Source: Marsupella aquatica
Lineage: Eukaryota; Plantae; Marchantiophyta
Direction of reading: 5' to 3'
Assembly: GCA_973895155.1 (NCBI GenBank)
Contig: OZ316897.1
Coordinates: 9,695,832-9,759,831, forward strand
DNA length: 64,000 bases
The notes under the pieces are model-generated. The model was not told the origin of the DNA, made no database searches, and worked only from the letters and a program-made list of their open reading frames with translations. This document shows, piece after piece, positions 12,800 to 24,972 of the stretch (position 1 is its first letter; every line of letters begins with the position of its first letter). Both the position numbers and the translations under genes were made by a program.

Positions 12800-13930
12800 A
12801 ATTCACTGGGAACAAGTCTCTTCTGATGCTTCATAAATCCTTCCTGCCTTGGAATCGTCAAGTTAAGAGTCTCTCTCCCTCCAGAATTCGCGATTTGTCG
12901 ATTGCCAAGTCTTCCCCCTCCAGAATTTGCGATTTGTCGATTGCCAAGTTGAGGTAGAGTCTTCAACGATTGACTATATAATCTACTCTGAGTAGGTTAC
13001 ACAATCAGAATTTGCGATTTGTCGATTGCCAAGTTGAGGTAGAGTCTTCGACGATGGACTATAATCTACTCTGAGTAGGTTACACAATCAGCTGAATGAT
13101 GTTGGGTGTCCATTGGGTTACTTAGCTACTTATATATTGTAGCTTCCAAATGTGTATCGTCGGTCGACTTCACTGGGGAAAAGTTTCGTCTGATCCTTTA
13201 TTAAATTGGTCCTCCAACCGTTGGATCGTCAAGTTAGAGTCTCTTCCCCTGCAGAATTTGCGATTTGTCTATTGCCAAGTTGAGGTGGAGTCTTCAACGA
13301 TGGACAATAATCTGGTCTGAATAGGTTACAGAATCAGCTGAATGATGTTGAGTGTCTATTGGGTTACTTAGCTACTTACTGTAGCTTCCAAATGTGTATC
13401 GTCGGTGGACTTCACTGGGGAAAAGTCTCTAGTTATGATTCTTTATTACATTGGTCCTCGGTCCGTTACCGCTGTTCCATAAGAATCGTCAAGTTAGAAT
13501 CTCTCCCCCTGCAGAATTCGTGATTTGTCGATTGTCAAAGTTGAGGTAGAGTCTGCAACGATGGACTATATTCTATAATTCTGAATAGGTTGTACACAAT
13601 CAGCTGAATGATGGGTTACTTGGCTAGATTCTGTAGCTAGCTACTGTAGCTTCCAAATGTATAGTGTCGGTGGATCGACCTCACCGGGTTCCTCGAAAAG
13701 TCTCGTGTGATCCTTTACTAAATCAGTCCTGCGTTGGCGCTGTTCCATTTGGCATCGTCAAGTTAGAGTCTCTCCCATAGAGAATTGCAATTTGTCGATT
13801 GCCAAGTTGAGGTATAGTCTTCAACGATGGACTATAATCTATTCTAAACAGGGTATGCACAATCGGCGGGATGATGTTGGGTGTCCATTGAGTTAGCCAC
13901 TTCGCTAGCTACCCTCCAAATGTTTACCGT
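12800..13930. repeat. Degenerate tandem array, ~260-bp unit with partial sub-duplications, upstream of the ATL gene
   Basis: Recurring blocks ATCGTCAAGTTAGAGTCTCT, CAGAATTTGCGATTTGTCGATTGCCAAGTTGAGGTAGAGTCTTCAACGATGGACTATAAT and GTAGCTTCCAAATGT. Confidence 0.9.
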
Positions 13931-14111
13931 CAAGTCGAGTAGCAACAACGAGAAGATATTGGAAGGGGTTGGCATACTACGGCAGTAAAAAATTTCGAGG
14001 GATGTAATAGATGGACGAGGAAGTCGGACAGAATCTGTCATCTACCGCACGTGGATGGACAGATTGGAGGAGCTTTGAGACTTGGGTCCACGAGTCATCG
14101 GTTGTGTCAAC

Positions 14112-14274
14112 CACATGACGTATGAAAACTGCTGTAGTAGCAGCAGCTTTTAATTTCCTGGGCGGATTGGAACAGGTGACTGCTGAGGCAGCTGGGCAAT
14201 CACATGACGCATGAGAACTGCTGTAGTAGCAGCTTTTGATTTCCCTGGGCGGATTGGAAGAGGTGATTGCTGAA
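14112..14274. repeat. Two-copy ~89-bp tandem duplication in the ATL upstream region
   Basis: CACATGACG(T/C)ATGA(A/G)AACTGCTGTAGTAGCAGC...CTGGGCGGATTGGAA at ~14112 and ~14201. Confidence 0.85.
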
Positions 14275-14640
14275 CCTGGACACTGGTGGAAACCCTGTCT
14301 GAGACTCCACGTAAAGGATTTTGAGGAGCCAGAATCTTCGATGATACACGTACATGTGTCTAAGCTGTAGGATTGAAGCTTCAGGAGCGGGCCGGGCGTA
14401 AGGATTTTCTTCGATTCTAAGGGAGCGATGGAATCGAGAGCAGCGGTGGGCGTGAGGAAGATCGATCGCGAGCAGGACTGGCTATGAGCCAGGCTTATAT
14501 CGGTTGTCTAAGTCAGTGGCCAATCCGAGCCAAGTGCGAGCGAGCGAGGCATTTCAGTTAGGTGGGAATATATTGAAGAGCGCTAGATACTAATTTCGTT
14601 GGTCAGTGAGTAAATTCTTACATTCGAATTGAGGAGAGCT

Positions 14641-15873
14641 ATGGAGCAGAGATTCTTCGCAGCTTGGCAGACGTCCTCACCTTTGAACTCGGTGTGGGTG
14701 GAGAGCAACGGCCGACGGCTCCTGTTGGCGCGCTCTGACGTAATTGGAGGTGGGATTAGGCGCCTCGCCATCAAATCTACTTCTGGTGGAGCAGGAGCTC
14801 CCCAGCCAGGCGGTTTACCGACCCCTAGTTCCAATTCGGACAGTTCAACATCAGGAGGCTTCCAGTCGCTGGACCCAGACGTAGTGATCATTATGGTGGT
14901 CCTCTTCTTCGCGCTGATCTGCGCTGTCCTCGTCAACTCGCTAATGAGGTGCGCGATGCGCAGAAGGGCGCAGCTTTCGATCAATACCAGGGCAGTGTTC
15001 ATAGGCCGAGGAGACGGCCCCGGGGATCTTGAGAGTTCGGAGCAAGGGCTCGACGCCAACACCCTGGCTTCCCTCCCCGTGCTCACATTCAAATCGTCCG
15101 AATCATCGAAGCCCGCGGAGGTGGATTGCACCATCTGCTTGTGTGAATTCACGGAGAACGAGAGGCTGAGACTCCTGCCCAAGTGCAGCCATGTCTTCCA
15201 CCTTGATTGCATTGACCTGTGGTTGCTGTCCCACAATTCCTGCCCGGTTTGTCGAGATGGCATCAAGGGTGACGCAGAGTCCGCATTGAAGCTGGACCAT
15301 GACTCAGACTCCGAAGAGGTGATGGTTCTGACTCTCGATCAGGATGGCCAACCTTCAGTGGTGAGGAGGAGCACCAGTATGAGGGCAGCAGGAGTGGAGA
15401 GTGGTGAGAGCGCTTTGAATGTGCGGGCCGAACTCAAGCGAGACAAGAGCTGGAGCACGTTGAGTGACGCCGCCAGGTTCAGTAGTAGCAGGAGATCCTT
15501 ATCGCTGGACCATTCGAGACAGGCTAGCTTCCGAGACGGTAGCATGTCTGGGAGAATACTCGGCAGCTCGTCCCGGTCGTCTTTTCGTGCCGCAATTTCT
15601 GCCATATTGACGACGTCTGCAGGTACAAGTTCCTCTGCTCGATGGCCGGGGTCCTCTTCGTCCTTCCGTGCTGGCCCTGCTGCGGCACCCGCAGCGTCTG
15701 CAATGTCAGAGAGCACTACTGAACGGCCTGAAGACGCTGGTGGCAGCTTGGTAGCCAACGAGCAACCTCGTGCAAGGTCGGAGAGCACTACTGAACGGCC
15801 TGAAGTCGCTGGTGGCAGCTTGGTAGCGAACGAGCTACCTCAAAGAGAAGCAGGCCCGGACATTAGCTCATGA
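14641..15873 (+). CDS. ATL: ATL-family RING-H2 E3 ubiquitin ligase, intronless
   Basis: TM segment VVIIMVVLFFALICAVLV, basic patch, GLD motif (EQGLDANTLASLP) and RING-H2 CTICLCEFTENERLRLLPKCSHVFHLDCIDLWLLSHNSCPVC. First ATG at 14641. Confidence 0.93.
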   Translation: MEQRFFAAWQTSSPLNSVWVESNGRRLLLARSDVIGGGIRRLAIKSTSGGAGAPQPGGLPTPSSNSDSSTSGGFQSLDPDVVIIMVVLFFALICAVLVNSLMRCAMRRRAQLSINTRAVFIGRGDGPGDLESSEQGLDANTLASLPVLTFKSSESSKPAEVDCTICLCEFTENERLRLLPKCSHVFHLDCIDLWLLSHNSCPVCRDGIKGDAESALKLDHDSDSEEVMVLTLDQDGQPSVVRRSTSMRAAGVESGESALNVRAELKRDKSWSTLSDAARFSSSRRSLSLDHSRQASFRDGSMSGRILGSSSRSSFRAAISAILTTSAGTSSSARWPGSSSSFRAGPAAAPAASAMSESTTERPEDAGGSLVANEQPRARSESTTERPEVAGGSLVANELPQREAGPDISS

Positions 15874-18835
15874 CAATCGTGCCGTGGTCGCCTCAGGCCT
15901 AGCTATGAGCGGGCACGCAAGGAACAAAGCACGCAAAAAATTACATTGGGAAAGTTCCCTTTAAATTGATCTCTTACAGCACGTGAGATTACGTTGCTCG
16001 ATCGCTCGTGACATGACCTGACATATCGAAAGGTCATTCGCGATTGGTTTCGAGCAACTTGCAAGACAAGCGACGACCGTGTATATATGATGACGAGCTT
16101 AGACGGGATTTTGGAACACTAATGAGTCTCGATCCACTGCAGTATTGCAGATCGAATGAGTCTCTTATTGTTGGCATTCCGGACTAGAGAGGTTTATTTT
16201 CTTTCGGGCCGGTGTCCTCTAGTCGATTTTAATCCGCAAGTCGGTTGACTTATTTGAATTCACGAAATTGCACAAATGCTGATGAACAAATCACACCCAA
16301 GAACTTGCAGCCTAGGTGGCATTCGATCAGGCTGATTCCTCCGTTTACAGGATGTGTCAACTGCTAATTATATACATATGTGCCCGCATATGTGACCGCA
16401 AGCTCTTGGTCAAATTCTGTTAATTTTTCTGGATAAAAGGGGAAGTTTCAAGATTTACAAGCGGATTGCGGAGAAGGAGAAAATTCCCGCACTTGAAACT
16501 AGAGCTGCACCGAAATCGAAGATATTATCTGACTCGTTCGAACCGCTTACCTAGATTTCTTCTGACGAGAACAGGTGGACTCGGGAACGTTAGAGAAAGA
16601 TGATGTTATCTACAGGCTAAATATCAGAAGGATCCAGGTCGGGTTCCATTAGTAACGATATATCGAGAAGTCTTTGTGAGGTTCTGCAGTTGGAACCATT
16701 ACCGGCTTTGGTGCCTCAGTTACTCAGTCAATCAACGGATACTCGTGAAATTGTCTTGTTTAGAGTTCACACTCTTGCTAGCAAAGGATCATTATTCCTC
16801 CCAGCCAGTAATTGGAAGGACGGTTGAGAACTCGACACCGGAAATTTGTACATAGTTATATTGTTACTCATGTTCAATTCACCCGAGAGACTCACCAGTT
16901 TTCGTCAGCGAGCTCACTCTAGCTACGGTCGCTCCATGCTTGCTAGTGCTATAATCAAGGTGTGATCGGCCTGATTACAAGGAAGCGATGTGCAGAGGTG
17001 CGGTGAGGAGCCATCCAATCGATGGACACCGGCCAGTAATAATCCGGCTTCTGGACGAGGTATTTCGTATACAGTCCAGATGGTCGGATCACAGGAGAAT
17101 CTCTGATCACGCTTGTGATGCGAACTTCAGCACGACAGACAGTACTTGTCTCCTTGAGATGTTTTCGCGAAGCACGAATGCAGAATGATTTATGCCGAAC
17201 TCATTGAAAAGCTATTGTAGTCGTCCAATTGTCGATCACAAGCTATATTGATTTCAAGGGTCTCATCGAATCTACATGATGATGATGGACTCTGAATAGT
17301 GTTGCTGATAAACGTATCGATTCACTTTAGCTGAGCTCAAGAACGGCGGAGAGCATATGTCATGTCATCATAAGTTTTATTTCCTTTAAAGTAGTGGTGA
17401 CTTGGATTAACGACAGTAGGAGAAACTTGACTGACACTTCAACTTCGACCGTTCTCGCCGCAGCTACTTTTTCCTTCAATGATATTCATACCTTGCGGTA
17501 AGTACAAGGTTTCCTTTCCGACATTCAGTTGGGTGAATCTGTGTATACAAGTAGCTTGAACCAGATCATTTGTTAGTGACCTAAGACTTTCCGCTGGGGC
17601 CCTCAGCCGAATCTTCCAGCTGGGCCCGAATAGTTTAAGATAGAGTTAATAAGCAGGCGTTGACGATAGCTATTGGATGGTAGTGCTGCTGTTGCTACTG
17701 TGATGTAAGAACCTAGGGCATTTGCTCCCCTTGACGATGCATCTTTTCCTGACTGATTCATATCGCCAACCGAGGCTGCGACTGAGGCAGGACTAGTGGC
17801 AGCAGTGGCATGTCCAGATGAACACACAACTCAAAAGAACCGATATGTACGTGTAAAGCAAGGAGCTTCATGAAAAGGAGATGAAAGCCCAAACATCTTT
17901 TCCGGGTTCCAGAGGCCAACCAAAGTAAATCTGTGCGAGTGGACCCGCCAACCAATTTTTGCTTGTCTGCTTGAGTAACAATTGCCAACCATTCAACGTA
18001 GAATAGAAAACATGTTCACCAATAGCCCACGGAGGCGCCCGATGACCTTTTCCTGATTCACATTTCAGCAACATCATCGAGGTCTATCTGTAAAAGTAGC
18101 TCATGAGTTCATTGACGAGCTCCTCTGGCGTGTTCAGGCCGCATCGATCCAAGAATGCAAGTAGCTTTAACTTGAATGTGCGAAGCTGCTGCTGGGAATG
18201 AGTCCTCCAGCTGGTGAGCACTTCGACATCCCGATGAGTGTGAACTACAGTACTGTAGCTAGTTAGAACTTCAAGTCATGTCAGAGGCTGGAAGGCAAGT
18301 TAACAGCAGACAGTTCCACCAGCCCAGGCAGGCTTTCACACAATCATCGACTGCTTGTGCGATCGAGCTATAAGTCGGCATGGCACTCAGGCTAGGTACT
18401 TCACTTCCGTTACCAACTCAATCAGCGTGAACAACAAGTCCTTTGCATGGAAACCGGGAATGTGGAACTGACAGCAGCTGAGCTGTAGATTGGCCTCAAA
18501 GGACTTCAGGACGGTAGAGAGGACGGCATCCGAAATTCTGCTGAACGAATTCTCATCGCTTGCATGCAGAAACTCTTGGTGGATCACAAATTGTTCTCAT
18601 GGCTTCCATGCAAGCAGATGAGAACGCCCTTTGCAATTGATTGCAGCCATTCTTCCCATGATGAAGCAACTGTAGCACACTAGCACAGTGTATATGATCC
18701 CTTAGCGGGAAGTTCTGGACAAAAACCAAACCGGTTTCCCTCTCTAACTAGAGCAAACCAGAACTAAGCCATAGCCTAATACATAAGAATGAGGAAGAAC
18801 ATATATAAGTAATTACAATGAATGTTAAGAAAACT

Positions 18836-21800
18836 CTACTTGTGATGCAATTGCAAAACCTGCAATACGTCACGGTGTCTAGAGAAACTCTCCAAAGGAA
18901 TCACTTTGGTAAATGCGTCAGCCGGGTTGAGTTTACCATCAATCTTGACTAGCTCAAACAAATTATCAGACACAGCCTGCCTGATAAAATGGTATCTGAC
19001 GTCAATGTGCTTCACTCTGCTGTCCATCACTTGGTTCACAGCAAGGTGGAGCGCACTTTGACTATCACAATGGAGCTTCACATTCCCCTGTGGCAATCCC
19101 ATTTCAGTGATAAGTCTATCCAACCAAATCGCTTCCTTTGCTGCTTCCGCAGCTGCAACATACTCCGCTTCTGTAGTAGACTGAGCAATACACTTCTGCA
19201 AAGTAGACCTCCAACTTATGCATCCACCGCCAAGTGTGAACACGTATCCTGTTGTTGATCTCCTTCGGTCCAAATCTTGTCCATAGTCAGAATCAACATA
19301 GCCAATCAATGATTTAGCATTATTTGCATTCGCATCCAATAAAAGACCATGATCCACGGTACCCTTCAAGTACCTGATAATCCACTTCACTGCTTCCCAG
19401 TGTACCTTCCCTGGATTCAACATGTACCTGCTCACCTTGCCCATAGCCATGGCAAGATCAGGTCTAGTGCAAGTCATCAAATACATGAGACTCCCCACTG
19501 CCTTGTCATACGGAACCTTTGACATCAACCCCTTCTCTGTGTCATCCGTAGGACAGAACGCTGATGATAACTTGAAGTGTGGAGCCAACGGGGTACTTAC
19601 TGGCTTGCTATTCCCCATGTTGAACCTTGCAATTACCTTCCTCGCATAACTGCTCTGTGTCAACCATAGCTTGCCAGCCTCCAAGTCCCTAGTGATCTCC
19701 ATACCCAAAATCCTCTTAGCTGGCCCTAAGTCCTTCATCTTAAACTCTGCACTAAGCAGTGCCTTGAGCTTAACAATCTCAGACCTATCCTTGGCTGCAA
19801 TTAGCATATCATCCACATAAAGTACTAAAACAATGAACCCAAAGACAACATTCTTTACCGGTTTCAAATACACACAAGGGTCAAATACACTTCTGTGAAA
19901 ACCTTGTGACCGAATCCAATCGTCAAACCGCTTATTCCACTGTCTTGGTGACTGCTTCAACCCATACAAGGATTTCAGCAATCTGCAAACCAATTCCTCC
20001 TGTCCTCTCTTCACAAAACCTAGCGGTTGTCTCATGAAGATCACCTCTTCCAATGTGCCATAGAGGAAAGCTGTGACAACATCCATCTGATCTAGCAGCA
20101 GACCAAACATTACAACAAGTACACACACTAGTCGCATTATAGAGTACTTAGCAACTGGTGAGAAGACCTCATTGTAATCCACACCTTTCTCTTGTGTGAA
20201 TCCCTTTGCTACCAACCTAGCCTTGTAGACCTTCGATCCACCTCCTATGGAATTATCCTTCAGCTTGTAAATCCACTTGCTGTCCACCACTTGCTGACCC
20301 TTAGGCAGCTTAACAAGCTCCCAAGTTTTGTTGTCCTTTAGTGACTGCATCTCCGTTTGCATTGCTGCAGTCCACTTCTGCTTCTCCTTTGAAGCACTTG
20401 CCTCATGAAATGAAGAAGGTTCCCTTTCTTCCAAAATTAACGCATCACCCTCATCATCAGCTGCAAACTCATCCTCTTGTAGTTGAGATGAATCAACCCA
20501 CTATCCATACCTTGGTGGAGCGCGTACAGTGCAACCAGATGTTCTTCTAGCCGATGACTCCGGTTGATCTGCGTGTGCTGGTACAATTTGAAGCTCAACA
20601 ACATCCACTTGTTGCTCACCAGCATCAACAAACTCCTCTGGTTCCTCTGGCACAGGAACCAGCTCCATAATTGGAGCAACTCCTTCTCTCCGGTCATGCA
20701 CCTCATAACCAATCTCCCCCTCAACGAGATCCGGGATAGGAGATTTTCTTTTGTTAGTACGGGAGACCTGAGTATTCTCCCCCTCCTTCAATAATCTGGA
20801 TTCATTGAAGGAAACATCCCTACTGACAACGAGCTTACAGGCAATAGGATCCCATAGCCTATAGGCTTTCACACCACTCTGGTACCCAAGAAAAACACAT
20901 TTCTTGGAGGTAGGATCCAACTTGGTCCTATTCTGCTTCGGTGTGAGAGCATATGCATCACTTCCAAAAACTACCAAGCCATGATAGTCTGCTTGCCGCT
21001 TATAGCGCATCTCAAACGGTGTTTTGAAATTGATAGCACTAGAAGGAGAAAGATTTACCAAATAAGCTGTGGTATTGACAGCTTCTACCCAAAATTCTTG
21101 TGGTAAACCTGATTGGCTCAACATACTCCGTGACTGCTCCAACAGTGTCCGATTGAGCCTCTCAGCGACACCATTCTGCTGCGGAGTATAAATTGTGGTG
21201 AGATGACGAGTTATCCCCTGTTCTGAACAGTATTCTTCAAATTCCATTGAAGTGTACTCCCCGCCGTTGTCTGACCTCAGACTCTTCACCCTTGTATCAA
21301 AACACTTGATCGTGTTTCCAGTCTGATTCTCCACCTGGGCCTTCCACTTCTTAAAAATGGACAAGACATCAGACTTATGCGTCATGAAATAAATCCACAC
21401 AAATCTTGAGTAATCATCAATAAATGATACATAGTACAACTTTCCAGAGTGTGAGGGAGTCGGGGATGGACCCCACACGTCACTATGTATGTACTCAAGA
21501 ACCGCTTTGGAACGATGAGTTCCAACACCAAAAGCACGACGATGCTGCTTTCCAAGAATGCAATGCTCACAAAACTCTAATTTACAAGATTGTAAATCAG
21601 AAATGAGTCCATTCTTCCGTAAGATAGCCAAACCCTTCTCACTTATGTGGCCTAGCCGTGAATGCCACAGTTGAGTCATCTCCTCATGAGACTTGGTTAC
21701 ATTGGCCTCTCCACATACAATATTGCCATGTAACACATACAAATTCTTTTGTCTACTCTCCTTCAAAATCACTGTCTCTCCCGACCTGACTTGAAGTTCA

Positions 21801-22966
21801 TCATCAATAACGCTCCATTGATGACCATTTGAATCCAACACACCGAGTGAAATCAGATTCTTACGCATGCCAGGTACATACCTGACTCCGGACACTGTGC
21901 GCACAGCGCCATCAAACATTTGAATCTTCACAGACCCAATTCCCTCAATTTGACAGGAGTGATAATTTCCCATCAGAACTGAACCGTTTGAAACAGAGTA
22001 AGAACTGAAAAACTCACGAATATAACAAATATGAAAAGAGCAAGCACAATCAAGAATCCACACATCATCTGCTCTCCTAGATGACGTGCACAGGGCATAC
22101 CCCCGGCTTCATAAAACATACTCATCATTGAGTAAATCAGCTTCTCCATCAGCCCTAGCCACATTTACCGATGAAGTTTCCGCTGCCTTTCCCTTACAGT
22201 CTCGCTTGAAGTGTCCAACTTGGTTGCACTTCCAACATGTCACCTGCCTCCTTTGAGGGGATTTACCCTTGGACTTAGATCTGGATTTAGATCTAAACTG
22301 GGTTCTACGGTCCCCAGTTGGTCGCTGCATACTCCTCCCACGGTTAACATTGAGGGCAGCACCAGATGATGAAGGCTGTGACGTGATGTGCATCTTCTGC
22401 TGAAGATCATCACTAAGCAGAGAACTTACCACGTTATTGTATGAAATGGTATCCCTATCACGATGCAACAACACTCGTGATAGGGACTGGTAAGATGGAG
22501 GCAATGAACTAAGAAGCTGCAGAGCCTTCGTCTCATCATTCAAAGTCTCCCCAAGGTTTTCCAAGTCAATGACCATGTCGTTGAAAGCATCCACATGGTC
22601 TTGCAACTTCATACCAGATTCCTTCATCCTGAAACTCATCAGTTTGTAGGAAGTGTAGAGCCGGTTTGACAACTCCTTGCGGTGATACTTGCTCTGCAAT
22701 TTCGCAAACAAGGACATGCAATCCTTATGTGCACCTAACTGCTTGATGATGGGAGGCATGAGATAGAGTGTAACACACCACACTCCCTGCTCCTGCATGT
22801 GGTCCCATTGTTTCTCATCAACATCGTCTTCATAAGGGCTCAGCAGTTGGCCCATCCCTGACGCATAGAGCACTCCCTTCACCTGCTTCTCCTATAGCAA
22901 GTAGTCAGAGCGCCCATCATACTTTGTCACTTCATACTTGGGTCCCCCAAGCTTGAAAGTCCCCAT
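18836..22966 (-). pseudogene. Copia gag-pol polyprotein in one frame, interrupted by three in-frame stops
   Basis: Zn knuckle CWKCNQVGHFKRDC; protease WILDCACSFH; integrase LWHSRLGH..CEHC, HSDVWGP, RSDNGGEY, QNGVAER; RT QMDVVTAFL, YVDDML; RNase H DRRSTTGY, KHIDVRYHF, NPADAFTK. Stops at 22892-22894 (TAG at a W position), 22109-22111 (TGA) and 20501-20503 (TAG). No frameshift. Confidence 0.95.
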
Positions 22967-23542
22967 CTTCTTCTTTGGTACTACCGTGAGCTCCGGTAGT
23001 AGTACTGCTTCCTCCACCACACGCCGCACTGGTGATGGTATCGGTGTCACGTGCTCTTCCTCCTGCTCCTCTCTCTGCCCCTGAAACCTCCGCGGTGATC
23101 CTCGTGCTTCAAGTTCCACGTCTTGTCAACAACGAATGTTGATCAATTGCACTTGGTGCCGTCACCAAGTCCAACAAGGTAATTGATTTTGCTTAGCCTT
23201 CCTCTTTGCATCAAAGAGCCAATCCCGGACTCAAAACAATCGTCTTGCCTCAATCTCTCCGTTGAGTCAAAACACTTGACGCTTCTCTCTCCGAGTCGAT
23301 TGCCAACTTTCTTCACAAAATCCAGAATGATGAAAACTTAGATCTCTCTGCACCACGAGCTCCGTTCAGCGATTTCTTCACACTGTTAGAAAGCTCTTGC
23401 CCTGATCTATCTGTTGAGCCCATAAACTCCAAGTTCCATGCGACGGAACTCTGGGAAATCCACCGACACTTAACGCTGGAAAAACCGTCATGAAATCCCG
23501 TCACGAACACACGTCACCTCCCAAGCATGCTCTGATACCAAT

Positions 23543-23963
23543 TGTTGAGCATAGATGACGATCGCAACGGCAAGCCCATGAACCATCCAACGCACAATAG
23601 TCGACACAAGAGATACGTGGTTCACCTCCTTGAGGCTACGTCCACGGGAACACACAAGAGAGCTTTACTGAACTCTAAGCCCGTCGACTATACCGAGTCT
23701 CCACAGTGTAAGCTCTCCCTATCTCTCAAGTGGCTCCATAACAATGAGCCTTGGTTCTACCTCTCCAAGCACACATGCCTCTTATGATATAGTGTGCAAC
23801 TTAGTTGTACCTAACCACATAGTTGTACCTAATCACGTAGTTGTACCTAACCACATAGTTGTACCTAATCACGTAGTTGTACCTAACCACGTAGTTGTAC
23901 CAACCCACGTTGTTGTACCAACCACGTCATACCTAACCTAGACGTAAGAGTAAATACCCAACA
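23543..23963 (-). repeat. 5' LTR (421 bp) containing a 7 x 18-bp tandem array at 23802-23926
   Basis: TG...CA termini adjacent to the PBS. Array unit TAGTTGTACCTAA(C/T)CAC(A/G) on the + strand. Confidence 0.92.
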
Positions 23964-24377
23964 CTCCCGACCCGCCCGAACTCCACCTAGGACCCCGCCC
24001 GAGCCCACCCAACCTGGCCCGGACGCGGCCTCCCGAACCCCTACCGAACTCCTCCCCGGCCTTTTGAACTCATCCCGAAGTCCCTAAACACCCGGCCCAA
24101 ACCCGCTCGGGTCGACCCTCACACCCGAACCAACCCCGACTCCGGGAGACCGGATTTACGGGTTTATGGCAAAAATCTCCCAATTTGACAGGCAAAGTCA
24201 AACTGGGGTATGCATGGCCTTCAATATGTAGGCAATGTTTTGGAAAGCGACACTCCAATGGGGTTTTGGTATTGTGTGGACTTTCTTGTCCCCCCTGGTT
24301 CTATTGGGTTGCTTTGACATAAGGGCCTTGTTTCCGGGTTTGGCATTTTTATGCATTTTTTCATTGTTATATATATA

Positions 24378-24972
24378 CGAGCCCTATGCCAGTGCATTGC
24401 ACTGTACAAGGAGGGCCGGCCCTTATTGGAGGAGCATTTGTGAGGGGAGATTGTCCATAATGAAGGGAGGGAGGGAATGATGAGGGACGGAGGGGACGGG
24501 GTCCATAATTAAGGCACGGAGGGGAGGGGACGGACTGACGGAGGCATGGGGGGAGCATTCGCGAGGGAGGGAATGATGAGGCACGGAGGGGAGGGGAGGG
24601 GAGGGGAGGGGAGGGGAGGGGAGGGGAGGGGATGGACTGACGGAGGTATGGGGGGAGTATTCGCAAGGGAGGGAGGGAAGGATACCCGAAACCCTCATTG
24701 ATGGCGACGTGAGGGTCCGACAAGAGGCAGGACGCGAGGGCCCGGCGCGAGGCACATATTCGTGAGACAAGTATTTGTGAGGCAGGCGTAGGCGCGAGGC
24801 AGGCGTAGAGGGACCGGATGGTATTGTCGGGAGTGGAAGTACTCATGAGTGAATCAAATGGATACGATAAATCCACTCAAATATCTAACGACCAGTTTTG
24901 ATTCCTGCCAATATTGGATTTTGTAACGGAGCAAAGGACAAAAATGGCGGGATTGCCTATTATAGTTGTAGA
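24378..24972 (-). mobile_element. Non-autonomous Helitron-like element, copy 1 (595 bp)
   Basis: Minus strand reads A|TCTACAACTATAATA ... hairpin CAGTGCAATGCACTG, then GCATAGGGCTCG|T. Inserted between A and T with no TSD; same termini as 43247-43641. Interior contains a (GAGGG)n tract. Confidence 0.72.

Larger units (their letters stand above)
18836..23963 (-). mobile_element. Ty1/copia LTR retrotransposon: 5' LTR, PBS and gag-pol; 3' LTR absent
   Basis: LTR 23543-23963 (TGTTG...CAACA), PBS TGGTATCAGAGC (tRNA-iMet type) at 23529-23540, domain order gag-PR-INT-RT-RNaseH. Confidence 0.97.

Noticed and set aside
14583-15788. Antisense ORFs of 227 and 149 aa
   Set aside because: Shadows of the GC-rich ATL coding strand.
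17600-18660. Broken minus-strand frames with coding-like composition
   Set aside because: No recognisable family and several stops; would need a translated search.
23802-23926. Short regular repeats resembling a CRISPR array
   Set aside because: Head-to-tail 18-bp units without unique spacers, inside a plant LTR, and no cas genes.
24367-24876. Proline-rich ORFs (PSPPL repeats) suggesting an extensin
   Set aside because: They arise from the (GAGGG)n tract inside the Helitron-like element.
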